DNA of 63,264 nucleotides, counting the filler, from Hyphochytrium catenoides (Eukaryota; Protista; Hyphochytriomycota), in the NCBI GenBank assembly GCA_900088475.1. It is 8 parts of 8 records of this genome, joined end to end, with 100 filler letters (N's around TTAATTAATTAA, not from the genome) between each part and the next. Parts side by side here need not be neighbours in the genome. Positions count along the whole stretch, not along the records: positions 1 to 30,959 come from FLMG01003117.1; 7 more parts are not named here. The stretch is one strand, 5' to 3'. Shown here in pieces: positions 1 through 11,700 of this stretch; position 1 is the stretch's first letter; every line of letters starts with the position of its first letter. The translations under genes were made by a program, and so were the position numbers. The notes beneath the pieces were generated by a model, which ran no database searches, was not told the DNA's origin, and worked only from the letters and a program-made list of their open reading frames with translations.

Positions 1-1044
1 GCCAGTGGCATATACAACGCCATTGTCAGCGACTCTGATGGGTCTTAGGTCGATGGCTGCAAGGTCCCTGAACCAGGTGCGTTGTCCGGAGAGATGGGCA
101 GAGGCACCAGAGTCAATATAGAAGATTTCCGAGTCGTCAGGGGACCCCGGGGCGACTTGGAATGCACGTGGTTGCTGTCCAGGCTTGGTCTTGTTTGCTT
201 GATCTTGCTGCTGTTGACGCTTCTGGTCCCTGCGCTTCTTCTTGCGACACTCATCAATGGTGTGGTTGGGCTTCTTACAGTATCTGCACCAGACCTTCGG
301 AGGAGAGCCCGGCTGGCGTTGCGGTTGAGCAGGTGGAGGGGTGGTAGATCCTGTCTGCAGAGCGTGGTCATCCTTTAAGTTGCGCTGGTTGTGGTTCCGA
401 CGCTTCGCCAGCTTGAAGTGGTATGAGATTAGTCTTGAAGTGACCTCATCCATCGTGAGTATTTCTTTAGTCTCCAGGCTCGTGACTAGAGAGTCATATT
501 CCTCTGGAAGACCTTCGAGGATCCTAGTGACTTGCGTGATCTCTGATACCGGGACCAATGCTCCTTCGAGCTTGTCCACCGCCGTCTGGATCCTGATCAG
601 GTAGTCCTGCATGTCCTCGCCTTTGTTTAGACGAAAGGATGCAAGCTGATCCTGTAGGTACAGGGCGCGGGCTAGAGTTGCCGCTCGTATTTCCTGCGAA
701 GGCTGTTCCAGAGGAAGGATGGATCTGTTTTTGCCGCACGGACATAGCTCAGTAGAGACTTGCTCATACAGAGACCCATGAGAGCGAAGGCTCTATTCCG
801 CTCTCTAGCAAAGTTTACACTAGCTGATTGAGAGAGAGAAGGTGTTGTTGGGGTTGATTCTGCTTGTGAAGCACCACCTTCGCCAGAAGCGGAAGATGAA
901 CTCTCATAGACTTCGTCCTCGACAATGATGTCCCAGCAGTCTTCCTTCATGAGGAGAAGTTGCATCTGCTGCTTCCATTCAAAGTAGTTTGCAGCTCCTG
1001 TTAGCTTCTCAAGGGAAGTGGAAAGGGAAGACGTGGACGTCCAT
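1..1044 (-). pseudogene. copia gag-pol, frameshifted
   Basis: One frame is open from ~680 to base 1. The upstream part (ORF 672..965) is in another frame, so a 1-nt shift is needed near 680 (KYE/ATLARALYLQDQL). The nearest ATG (1044) is also out of frame with LEKLTG. Confidence 0.8.
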
Positions 1045-1074
1045 GATGATGGTAGATGTCTGGTGAAAGAAGAG

Positions 1075-1087
1075 TGGGCCCATAACC
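1075..1087 (-). other. primer-binding site GGTTATGGGCCCA (tRNA-iMet fragment type)
   Basis: It immediately follows the LTR-terminal CA on the minus strand and matches the Drosophila copia-type PBS. Confidence 0.85.
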
Positions 1088-1521
1088 TGAAGAGATGGCA
1101 GAGTTGGTTGGAAGCTCTTCTTCGTTGTGGTGCAAATAGCAGAATGAGATTAAATGAAGATTATGAGCTCGAGCAGAGCTCAATGAACTGATGATCCCTA
1201 AGTCCTATAAAGCCTATGTATGCAAGCTATGAGAATGACATGCAAAGAGAGAAAGCAGAGAGGAACACTCTTAGCAACAGGAGAGAGTAGAGAGTGTTTG
1301 GAAATGATTGAATGGTCACCAAGGGATCCATCGTCTCAGTGAAGAGAATCGGCAATAAATTGGTGGCTAGAAGGAAGGGAAGAAGTAAAGTCGGAAAGAG
1401 AAATTTCTTCAAGAAGCAAGAACAAATTTCTAGAGAAGTCATAAGAAAGAAAGTAGGACAAGGAATCAAGAAGAAGAATATTCCTTGCTATAGAGACCCT
1501 GAAGAAAAAGGGTTCTCAACA
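1088..1521 (-). repeat. 5' LTR (~434 bp)
   Basis: The minus strand begins TGTTGAGA (1521) and ends TCTCTTCA (1088), i.e. imperfect terminal inverted repeats, directly abutting the PBS. The partner LTR is outside the window. Confidence 0.75.
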
Positions 1522-2714
1522 ATCATGACATTCAGCATGGCAGCGGATTACCGAGGCTTACCTGAGCTGCTTGCGATCTTCACTGATCAACACTTGGTGG
1601 AGGAGATTCAAGAGCTGGAAAGGGATATTTTTGATACGCCTCCTGCGGACTTTGTCAGTCACTGGATTCCCTCAAGCCTCTTACCAGCACTGGAGAGAAC
1701 ATGGGTACGGCCATGCGTGTCCTCACTCTTATGGACATCTTTATCACACTGACCGCCGCGAATATCGCAGGATGGATTAAAATGGGCGCTCAAAGAAGTG
1801 AGGAGGGAACTCAAGAGCGTGAGGTGCACCTGATGGGACAGCCGCGGAGACAGAACCCGCGTGACAGAGCGCTGACAAGCTCGGCAAGGTGGATCGTCGA
1901 CAACCTTGGCCATACGACTGGAGACATCGAAGCTCACTCAGTACGAGTCCCAGCTCTTCCAGGATCATTGGAGGCAGTATTTGAGTAAGACCTCTGGCAA
2001 AAGGAAAAGAACTTCTGCCAACAAGGAGCATAGCAATCTGGACTTTGACGGGCTAACCAACTTCTGGAACACGGAGCTCGTGAAAAGCCCTGGAGTCTCA
2101 CGGAAATCTAAAGCTGCTCTTCGGAAGCACGATCTAGCTACTATCAAGCGGACTAACTCTCGCACAACTCTGTTGCCCGTACGAGCAGTTGATAAGACTC
2201 TCAGGGGTGAACTTCGCGCTCACGAAAGGGAACCTAACCATCCTTCAGACGTGGGTCTTCATCTAACGCTTCCTCTCAGGCCACAGCTTTACCTGGGGTG
2301 ATCCCTCGGACGAACGTCTCTCCACCACATAACCTACCCGAGGTAGGGTATGTAGCATCTGACCGCGTTGAAGTAGCGCCTTTATACAAAACCGGCTTTG
2401 TCCGTTCATCGGACGCCCAGGCTATGGCGCTGCTTCAAGCATCTGCCACCGAGGTCAACAGACTCCGGACGAAGCAAAAGCGAATTCCTCAGATTTGCAG
2501 GGTGTGTGGGCACGCACAACATGTCCCTGCCTGGATACGACTTCACAATCTGAAGACGAAGGATGAGGGATTGCAGTGTAAAATCCCTCCTAGCGATCGC
2601 AGGCAGGACTACAAAGGGGAGAGGGGAAAGCACATCGAATATTATCCTTGTCCCTGCGTTAACTGTCGCCCTTTCCTTTTGGGGAAGGGAGTGTCGTATC
2701 CCCGCGTAGCCTAG
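1522..2714 (+). pseudogene. frameshifted 3' part of a putative transposon-associated gene interrupted by the copia element
   Basis: Four overlapping ORFs in successive frames (1312, 1701, 1906, 2298) read as one protein: ...TDQHLVEEIQEL...TQYESQLF...DFDGLTNFWN...RKSKAALRKH...N..T..., then CRVCGH...H...C...CPCVNC. The pattern recalls C-termini of DUF6729-type proteins (from memory, unverified). Confidence 0.4.
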
Positions 2715-3579
2715 AAGGCGTTACTTTTCATCAGTAGTCTAGATCACTTTCGTTCACTTATCACACTGCCAGCCAGGTAGCTGTAGTAGCTTGTGAAGAA
2801 CGTGAAGCAGTAACCAATGTTGTTATTCTTGCCAGAGCTGCTTGGCACCAGGAGATATCTCTCTGGCCTCGAGCCCTCTTTGTAATATGTGCGGCACTTC
2901 TCGGCAGGCTAGGAAGAAAAGCCGCCACTGCAGAAAATCATCGGCTTTTCCACCAAATCACAGCCATGGTGCTTCTGGAGTCGGTCGTTGTTGGTGGCTT
3001 GAAGCTTGAAGCTCTCTCTCGCAAGTTCGGCATAGTGTTACATAGTAGTAGTGCAGCCGCCTGATCTGAACAAGAAGGGCAGCCACGTCCAGAAGACACC
3101 TCAAACTTTCATAAGCACCACCATTCAAGTGTCCGTTACAATCCTCAATGGTAAGGGGCGTTCTGGGTCTAGGATATGGCTCATTACGATGGGAAATAAC
3201 AGTGAATTAGCAGGCTGAGCCGTTGCTAATTCCTTATTATACAGAATACAATGTCCCTGATAAAGTCCATTTAAGTCGTTCCAATATTGTATACTGCTTC
3301 TCAGCACCCGTTTATTTGGGAGCTGAAAGAAGTTGCACTTATGACCACTTCGTAGAGCCTCACCACTAGGTAAAGAAACTCCTTTTGCTAAGAATCACTA
3401 GGAGTACACAGGGGTGCACCTCCTCTTTCATAGTGTGTCCTTTCTTACGTTTTCCTAGCATTTATTCACTAGTGAATACCCTAACAGAATTGGCTGCTGT
3501 TGGTTGCCTGGACCTCTATTACTAATCTGCGGCCAGTGTGTATTCATATATTATGGAAGATAAGGGGGTATTATTACTA

Positions 3580-3667
3580 ACCAGCACCATACCAGCACCA
3601 TACCAGCACCATACCAGCACCATACCAGCACCATACCAGCACCATACCAGCACCATACCAGCACCAT
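3580..3667 (+). repeat. perfect tandem repeat (ACCAGCACCAT)x8
   Basis: Eight identical 11-nt units with no spacers. Confidence 0.97.
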
Positions 3668-4203
3668 CGGTCTGCAGCTTGGAAGAAGGAGGTGCACGTT
3701 AATCGCTACGCTGAATAAAAAGCGGCACCACGTGTAGGAATAAAATCATTAAGCACCTCTTTGACTAATTCATGAGAAAGGAACTGGGTAACTCCAACCA
3801 AACTTCTTTTTAGAATTTTGCCAAGCTCACTTCTTAGTTCGCCCACCCATCCTTCTCAAAATCTGTTGTACCGTACAGCACGATGCCTGGATTTGCATGA
3901 GTTATTTAGCTCCTATTCACAGACCCTCTTTATTATCCCGAATTCTTCGACTGCTCAAGCGGGTGGGTTTTGGGCTCTGAGGGCGTATCGCTTTACAGTC
4001 TTGCCGTGCTTTCCCATAGCAGCCCTAATAAACTTAGCGCACTGCAGGGCCGCGTGAAGTTCATCGATCGACGAGCAGAGCTAGGATCTGGCTGAACGAA
4101 CATGTTCATGACTCGACGAGTCTGACCGAGTGAGAGTCCAGGCCACAGCCAAGCCTGAGATAGAAAGTCGTGCCGATTAAAGTGCACCTCTTCTAGTTCT
4201 TCT

Positions 4204-4806
4204 ATGGAACCTCCTGCTAATCCCTCAACAAGCGCTATGAAGACTACTGCCCACTTCAGGAAATGGCCGTGCGTTGAGACGGGCTGTGAAAAGTGGGCAC
4301 ACAAGTCAGGGTACTGCCAGCGGCATGCTCGTATGCAAGGCTTATCAGTGACAAAGAAGAAGAGGTGTTCCGTGCAGGGATGCACGAACCAGGCAGAATC
4401 TAGAGGTCTCTGCGTGCGGCATCAGCAGAGAAAGTGTAAAGAACCTAAATGCAATCGTGGTTGGTCGCGAGCGGGCTACTGTTACCAGCATTGGGGAGCA
4501 ATACAGCTTGCCAAGAACGCAACGGCGTCATCTTCAAACGATCATCAGCCTCAACAAGCCAGTGAAAGAAGCCCGCTTCCTGTAATTGAGGAGGTAGTAC
4601 CACGTGGGCTGAACGATAACAGTCTAGATCAAACTCTAGAGGAGAGGTGTAAACATCTTCAGCAGCAACTACAGGATTCACGACTGGAGTGTGCTCGCCT
4701 GCGAGAACAGCTCTCTCTAACCGAAAGCGAGTTACAGAGGGTTCGGGCTCAACAATACTTGAGTCGTGTAAAAATGGAGCGAAGCGATGGGTGGGCGGGC
4801 GGTTGA
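4204..4806 (+). CDS. zinc-finger repeat protein (WRKY19-like C-x4-C-x9-C-x2-H repeats) with C-terminal coiled coil
   Basis: Three repeats (CVETGCEKWAHKSGYCQRH, CSVQGCTNQAESRGLCVRH, CKEPKCNRGWSRAGYCYQH) are followed by the heptad segment LEERCKHLQQQLQDSRLECARLREQL. Single 200-aa ORF with no WRKY motif. Confidence 0.82.
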   Translation: MEPPANPSTSAMKTTAHFRKWPCVETGCEKWAHKSGYCQRHARMQGLSVTKKKRCSVQGCTNQAESRGLCVRHQQRKCKEPKCNRGWSRAGYCYQHWGAIQLAKNATASSSNDHQPQQASERSPLPVIEEVVPRGLNDNSLDQTLEERCKHLQQQLQDSRLECARLREQLSLTESELQRVRAQQYLSRVKMERSDGWAGG

Positions 4807-7800
4807 CTGCTAAGCGGCACTGCATCGGTGTAGCCAGCTTGTGTTGTGCCTCCCCTATCCGTGCCGCGCGTTGTTGTGTCTCTGCTCTGAGCAGGCGACA
4901 GACCCTGAGGCTGACCGAGCAAGTCTGAGGATAATTTACCTTGGAAGAGACAAACAAGAGCGTAGAAGAATTTCCTATCATTATAAGAGCTTCTCGGGAG
5001 AGAGAATAATGGTTCAGCTTGGGCAGCAACGTAGCAAGTAAGAACAACGACAGTAGCGTAACACAATAGGGCTTCATCGTCGCTTTTCCAGAAAAAGAGA
5101 ACGACTGACGCAACTGTATTGTTAGGCAATCCTAAGGTTCATTATTAAGTCGCTTTGAAGCTGACCTTGCCAGCTTGGTGATGCCGCGTCGCTCCGTCAA
5201 GGACCCTCCACCCATCCACTGTGTCCGTCGATCGCTGCTGTAGAGGGGGATTGATCTCAGAGAGGGCCAGCCCGCCACATTTCAGGCCCATGATACATCT
5301 TCTAATAAGCCATCGGTTTCCAATTGATAGCGTTATTTTGCACTTCTTTATGCACATGAGCCACACGCCAGCTGATAGTGCGGTGATGATGGCGCCAGAT
5401 GGAGGATGTGAGAGTCTCTTCTGTTACATAAAGCAGTGACAGAGTCTCTAGAACAGGCTTTCAAGAAGTACTAATACAGGCAGCAAGACCATCCGCAACA
5501 AACAAAGTCTGAGGTGTCTGTTTGTTGAAGTCAAGCACTTTCATTCCACGTCAACTAAAGCGACCTTCACTCCTTCCCGGTTTCCATAGTTGGCCAATGT
5601 TTATACACAGGAGGATGACATTCCACTCTACGCCATGGAGTTCACAACAAGAGACGTAGAGCGGGGGCTTTCGTGAAGGAGAACTCCTAGCAATGGGCGG
5701 TTGTCAAAGGAAGGGGCAGGCTCTGGCCCACCACTCTGTGGCGTGTTCAACAGTCAAATCACGCTTCCGCTGTGGCGTGCGCTACAGTCAAACCCCCACT
5801 ACCACCACCTGAGCTTTATTTGTCATACTTCTAGTAAAGGGTGGAGGTGTCCATCTGCCTCTCTTCGCGCTCCCAGCTTCTGGTCGTGGAACCTCCTCTT
5901 CTTGACCTCTTCCCCCCGCCGTTCTTTCTCTTTGCTCCCTTCCTCTTTCTCTCCTTTGACAAGGTTCTTCCTTCAGTTCGCTCATAAAGCACAGCAAATG
6001 TGTGGCCGCCACTGTGGCATGGGTGCTAAGTCCCAGTGTCCGTCCATTCACAGTGCTACATTATAGAGAGACTCCCTGCTGGCTGGCCATGATGGAGGGT
6101 TAAACGAGATAGGAGACAACTAAAGAATGGATGGTAATTGCCCTCGCCCGGACTTTCATGTTATCTAGGTCGCTTCTCTCCTCCTTCTCTCCCTCCTTTC
6201 TTCTTCTCTTCCTCGCTCCCTTCCTTTTCACCTGGATTCCTCCCTCCCCTTCCTCGCTCTGCTGCTGCTCCTTGGCGGTTCCCCTCTCCCACTTCCTTTA
6301 ACCCCACGATTCCCCTCTCCCCTGTTAGGAGCCTCTCTTAGCTAGCGTCCTGTTCGTTGCTCCTCGCTTTCCTCCTTATTTTGACTGTCTCCAATGGGCT
6401 TTCTCTCCCTCAACAGTAACATCTCGTCCTTCAGCAGCAGCTGATCACCATACTTGGGCGCCATCGGTTCTACAATAGACGGAGCGAGGCTTCTATATTC
6501 TTGCAAATGGGCGGTGGTCAACAGGTAGTCTGGCAAAGAGAGGAAGCACGCAAAATGACTGTTCTCGTCTGAGCTCTATCTCTAGTGCGCGTCTTGATCA
6601 TCTTACCTCCTCGTCCTCTCCCTGTCTCTCTTTCCCCTTCTTCTCTCTCCGTTTGCTCTCTTCCTCTTCTGTTTGCCATATCTCCTTCTTCCTCCTTGCT
6701 CGCTTCCTCTCCCCGGCTCTCTCTCCCTTTCCTTCCCCTCTCTCAATCCTATCGTCTCCTCAGCTGTCTCTTCTCTCAAACATCGACTTTCCCTCGCTCT
6801 GATACACTTCGCCCTAACTCTATCTTTTCTCAGGTTTATGGAGACAAGCTCCGGCCGCTTCCATACACTTCCGGTATAAATAAGACTTCAAATAAATAAG
6901 ACAATGGGCGTCGATGGCCTTGAGCCCTAACCTTTCTTCCAACCGCCTACATCGATGGAGGACCTTATAGTAGTAGGCCAGAGACGCTGGTCCTTAGTCC
7001 CACCAGATGGGAGGGAAGGGCGGAAGAGAGGAATGCACGACTTTACGACGGCTAACCAAATTACCGTCCTTACAACGATGCGGCTCCCTTTTTTTCTCCT
7101 ATTATGAGCAATCCCTTCCCTCGCTGTATCTCTTTTATTTCCTCCTGCGTAGAGAGACACAGAAGGAGAGAGACAAAGGGAGACGGAGAGCAGCGGGAAA
7201 GAAATAGAGACTCGCAGACAGACCGGACGCCAGAAATAGAGGGGGAGAAGGAAATGATGACAGAAGAAGTAATTGTGTGAGAGAGACCAAACGCATATGG
7301 TCAGCCGGTTATCTAGACTTCCTGGCGCGTTGGATGAGCTGAGCCAATCAATCTCAAATCCGCTTCTGTAGATACCTCCTCTACGTGCAGTGGACACTGG
7401 GCTGAACCAACGACCAGTATTTAATCTAAGAGATGGTATTCCTGCATACTTCCCGACGACGAGATGGGCCCCAGCTACTCTGGCTGCTCTACATGAGGCA
7501 GCCTGCACCTGCCTGAATTGCTGGTAAAAATAAAGGTGCGGCAAGCACAGTACTCTCCCAATTGAGCAGGGAGCAGGAGCCACCGGCTATCTAATTCATC
7601 ACCCGAACCAACCCTCGTCAAGCTCTGCCATAAGGGATAGGGAGCGGGCTTCCTGAAGTCATCGCAGTGGGGGCAGCGCAGTGGGGGCTGTCTTATGGGC
7701 AGAAAGGAGAAGGCTCTTCATCAATTTCTAAATGAACCACAGCGGCTCTTTTGAGGGTTAGCGCTGACCTCAACAGATCATGGAGGTTTGAATGGTGGCA

Positions 7801-8710
7801 TACCTCCTCTGTCTTCTGTTCGGACCCTCTGACGAGTGGTCGCTTTATTAACCTGAAAAGAAGACAAGACAAAACAGTTGTTGAGTTTTGCTCTCCTGGA
7901 GATCTTATTTTCTCCTCCTCCTCTCCCTGGATTTTGTGCTTCCTCGCTAGCTCCCTTGCAATCTCTCTCGATCCCTATCTACCGACCCTCAATCCCTCGC
8001 TCTTTTCCAGCCCTCTCTTCCTCAATTTTCCTGTCTTCCTCGATTCCGCTTCGTCTCCCTCGTCGTCTCGTATCGTTCTCCCTTCTTGTCCCTCTGTGTG
8101 GGAGCCTCGACTAGCTTTCTGTTCTTCCTTGCATGTCTCTTTTCTCCTCTTTGTTTCTCTCTCTCCAAAAAATGCCTTTCTCATGCTCACTCATATTTTA
8201 CTTTCGGCAGCTGTCTGACCCAGATCTTTCAAGTGCTGAAACAGGCATTGCTTCCAAGCCGTGGAGACCGAGGCTTAGGAACCCTCGTGACTATGGGGAT
8301 CTTTTAGCGGTCTACATGATGCGGTCTTCTAGTAAAAGAGACAAAAGAGAAGCATAATTGATGACTCTGTTCTCGCCTGAGCCCCATCTTCTCTTCTGGT
8401 GCTCTGCACTGCTCGTCCTTTTCCTCGCTCCCTTCGCTCTCTTTGGCTCACTTCCCCTCCTCCATCTTCCCTTGTCTTCTCTCTCCTCCTCCTCTGGCTC
8501 TCTCTCTCTCTCCTCCTTTTCAGCTATGGAGTATAAAATGATATAGAATGTCGGTCGATGATAGCCTTCAGGCGGTCCTAATATTTTTAGTCGGTCTTTT
8601 CTTACCACCGAGTATTGAAGAGGCTGAGTAAGCCTCTGAGGCAGCATCATTGCTGTACGTATGAGAAGGAGAAGAATTGACAGTCGACAACTGGTAAGGA
8701 AAGAGAACGA

Positions 8711-8747
<37 letters not shown>

Positions 8748-11700
8748 GGGGGAGGAGAGAGAGAGAGAGAGCCATTGGCTGTCCGATGTGGCGTCAAGAA
8801 GCGAGAGAGAAAGAGAAGGAGAGAGAAGACAGAGAGAATTATAAGCAAGATATAGTGAAAAAGAATGACAACTCAAAAGGTAGAGAGGCTCATGGAGTCC
8901 AACCAATCCTGCCCACGCGGAGGGACCAAGACTCAGGGGCACATAGATGTCCGTTGGCCTTGATGACTTAAATAAGGTGGAGGATGTAGGTACTTGGGGA
9001 GCACTTATCAGCAGCATTTACGGCACACCGCCGGTCCTATCTAACCTTAGATACACTGATTCAGATTTACATAGAACTAGATGTCACCATGAGAGCCTTG
9101 ATTCAGTCTGTGTGATGCTTGGGCTGAGAGAGAGTATCCTTGCTCAGTTAACAAAATAGCTCCGACCTGAAAGGTCCTAGACTGCGCTGCTCATTTCCTC
9201 CTGTGGTCTCTCCACACTTTGTTCTTTTGCCAGACGTACTACGTTTGACGTTCAGACACGGCTTCGCACGACGTTGAAGGCTGCCGCCTATCGAGTGTTC
9301 TGCAGGGCAGTAAGGACACTTCCCAGTGAGATTTTGTCGATGGCGACTACTCCTTATCCTGTGCGAGCAACCATTTACGCTAGTTGGGAAAGGATAATGC
9401 GGTCGACAGTTGCAAATAACGGAGAAGAAGTTCACATAGCGGCTTGCTTTCTTTAGTTGTTGCATCTCTACTAAGGAGAAGGAGCTTTCTCCCTGCTGGT
9501 CTACATCTCTCCCCACCGGCTCCAGCCAGCGTATAGCTACGATGAGCGGTACATCTATTATTTTGCTTGAGGGATGATTTTGCGTATAGGTGGTGGTTCG
9601 CGGATCGGAGGGACAGGGGTTACATTCATACCCCTCATGACGAGGAAGACCTTTAATACACCGTCGTCTATTCCGGCCTTCAACATCTTCAGCGTCGGTC
9701 GTCTCGGGAAAGATAATGAGAGTTTCCATTGCCGCTTCAATAGCATGATGGGGCACTGAGACCAACAATAATGGAAGTTGTTGTCCAAGCCTCCGTTTCG
9801 TTGGCCCCATCGGCGAGGCATTGTCCGCCACCACTACTCGGTCGTTGAGGATGGGCCTCACATAGTAGGGGGTCCTTTAGCGGAGGCTGATCAAAGAAAG
9901 CTTCAGCATAGTGCACACAAGTTACCGCCTTTATGATAGAATTCCAAACAAAAGAGAAATCAGAAGCGCGAAGGGGTAAGGTTACATCGTTAGCCCTCCT
10001 CCGTCCGCAAGTTGTTCGATTGAATTGAGAGCTTCCTGTGCCTAAGACCGCGTAGTAGGCACCTTGATTGAGCAGCATGATGATTTCGTAGCCCGAGGCG
10101 GCTGAGTAAGATCGGGGACATTTGGGGCAATGAGACATTATTCCCTACGTTCCCTCTCTGTTTGAATGAATACATAGTCAACAAGAGGTTCACTAGAGGT
10201 TAATTCCGGGCATCGCTCGTTAGTGCAGCAGGCAGCGTCGTTGCTCCCTTCTTTTACGTATTTATTTCACCGTCTCCTGGCTGCGAAGCAGACCCCTCAG
10301 TCCTCGCCCGCTCTACAGACGCCGCACTACTACAAGCTGTTAGTAGCATGCCGTCAGAACCGAATGCCATTTGAGGAGTTCGCAGAGGGGTATACTAGGT
10401 AAGTCTTGGTGGCTGGAGGTGTCGTCCGGCCCGTCCGTGCGGTTATTATCCCACCTCTCTTCTATCCCCTCATACGCCCTCCCTTCATCATGGCCACCTT
10501 TTGTCTTGGTTAGTGACGGCTTGTAAGTCTTCGTCTAGTAGAGACTCTCTAGCCACTTCCTCTGAAGTAAATGTTCTTCAGATTCTGGAGCGCAATTTTC
10601 AGCAGTAACCCTTCTCTTGCTTGCATTGCCGAGTGTGACCACCATGGCCTTTCTTCCCTCCTTCTTCTTTTATTGTTGCTGAAGAATCTCAACTATCATT
10701 GTTGTTCGTTCTCCCATAATGATGGTGGAGGTAGGAGGAGAGATGTTGATGAAGAGATGAAGACTTAGAACAGTGTTATCTTTTCCTCCTCTTCCTCCTT
10801 TTTGAATAAGAAGTATGCGTTGGAAGTAGCTAGCTAGTTGGTTATACAGAAGCAATAATAGTCCTCAGAAGCGCTCGCTTCATCTTCCTTCCTTGTGAAC
10901 CATTCTCCTTGCCATCGTCCGCTTCAGAAAGACAACCAACGCTTCCCAGTCAATACGGAGCATAAGTAAGGAAAGATGAAGCGAGCTACTCGCACGACTA
11001 GTAGTGCATGCGGACGATTAGATGAATAGCTTTGATTAAGGCGCGCCGTGAACAACATTAAGACAGGTAGAATGCAGAGCTTTGGGCTGACAGAAGGACA
11101 AGCAGGTATAGGACAACCGCAGCCATTGGCGACCGGCTGCAACCATGCCTTCCATTATCCACCGCAGTGTACTAGGGTGATATTGAACTTACTTCTCTAA
11201 GCCTGGTCGTTGGACATAAGTAAGGCCGGGTTAAGAAGAAGGTTGAGAGGTCCGTGTCTAGAGGAAGACATGAAGGTCGGCAGCACCCATCAAGCCACAG
11301 GCCGCAGAAGCAATGACAAAGAAAAGAGTCCATCAGATATCATGGAAGAAGGTTAGGAGAGAAGTAGGAGGAGGAAAGGTGAAGAGAAAAAGCTGTGCCC
11401 CCTGCCCTTGCCTCTCCACTATTGCTTGAGCACACAGCAAGTCTGACGGTGGGTGGTGTGGGCACTCTTCTTTATAGCAGGGCAGTGGAGAAAAGAGACC
11501 AAACCTCCTGCAGTTGTGGGATGCACAGTAGAGAAAACGAGCAGGTGCACGACGAAACTTCTTTTCGAGAGGCTGCATGCATCGGTCGGGTCGCTTTTCC
11601 CTCTTTCTCCTATTCAGTGTGTTCGCTCCTATCATTATCTGGTCATGCTGGTGGAATGCCAGGATGGTTCCGCGGTGAAGAAGACGTAGGATTCTTTCTT

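Larger units (their letters stand above)
1..1521 (-). mobile_element. Ty1/copia LTR retrotransposon, 5' portion (LTR, PBS, Gag, protease), running off the window's left edge
   Basis: The minus-strand translation gives a copia Gag N-terminus (LEKLTGAANYFEWKQQMQLLLMKEDCWDII), a Gag core (RILEGLPEEYDSLVTSL), a CCHC knuckle (CRYCKKPNHTIDEC) and an aspartic protease motif (FYIDSGASAH). These are preceded by a PBS and a TG...CA-bounded segment. Confidence 0.93.

Noticed and set aside
82-604. Plus-strand hydrophobic ORFs
   Set aside because: They are antisense shadows of the copia gag-pol frame.
3580-3667. CRISPR-like or telomeric array
   Set aside because: There are no spacers and no cas genes, the context is eukaryotic, and it is internal and unlike known telomere units.
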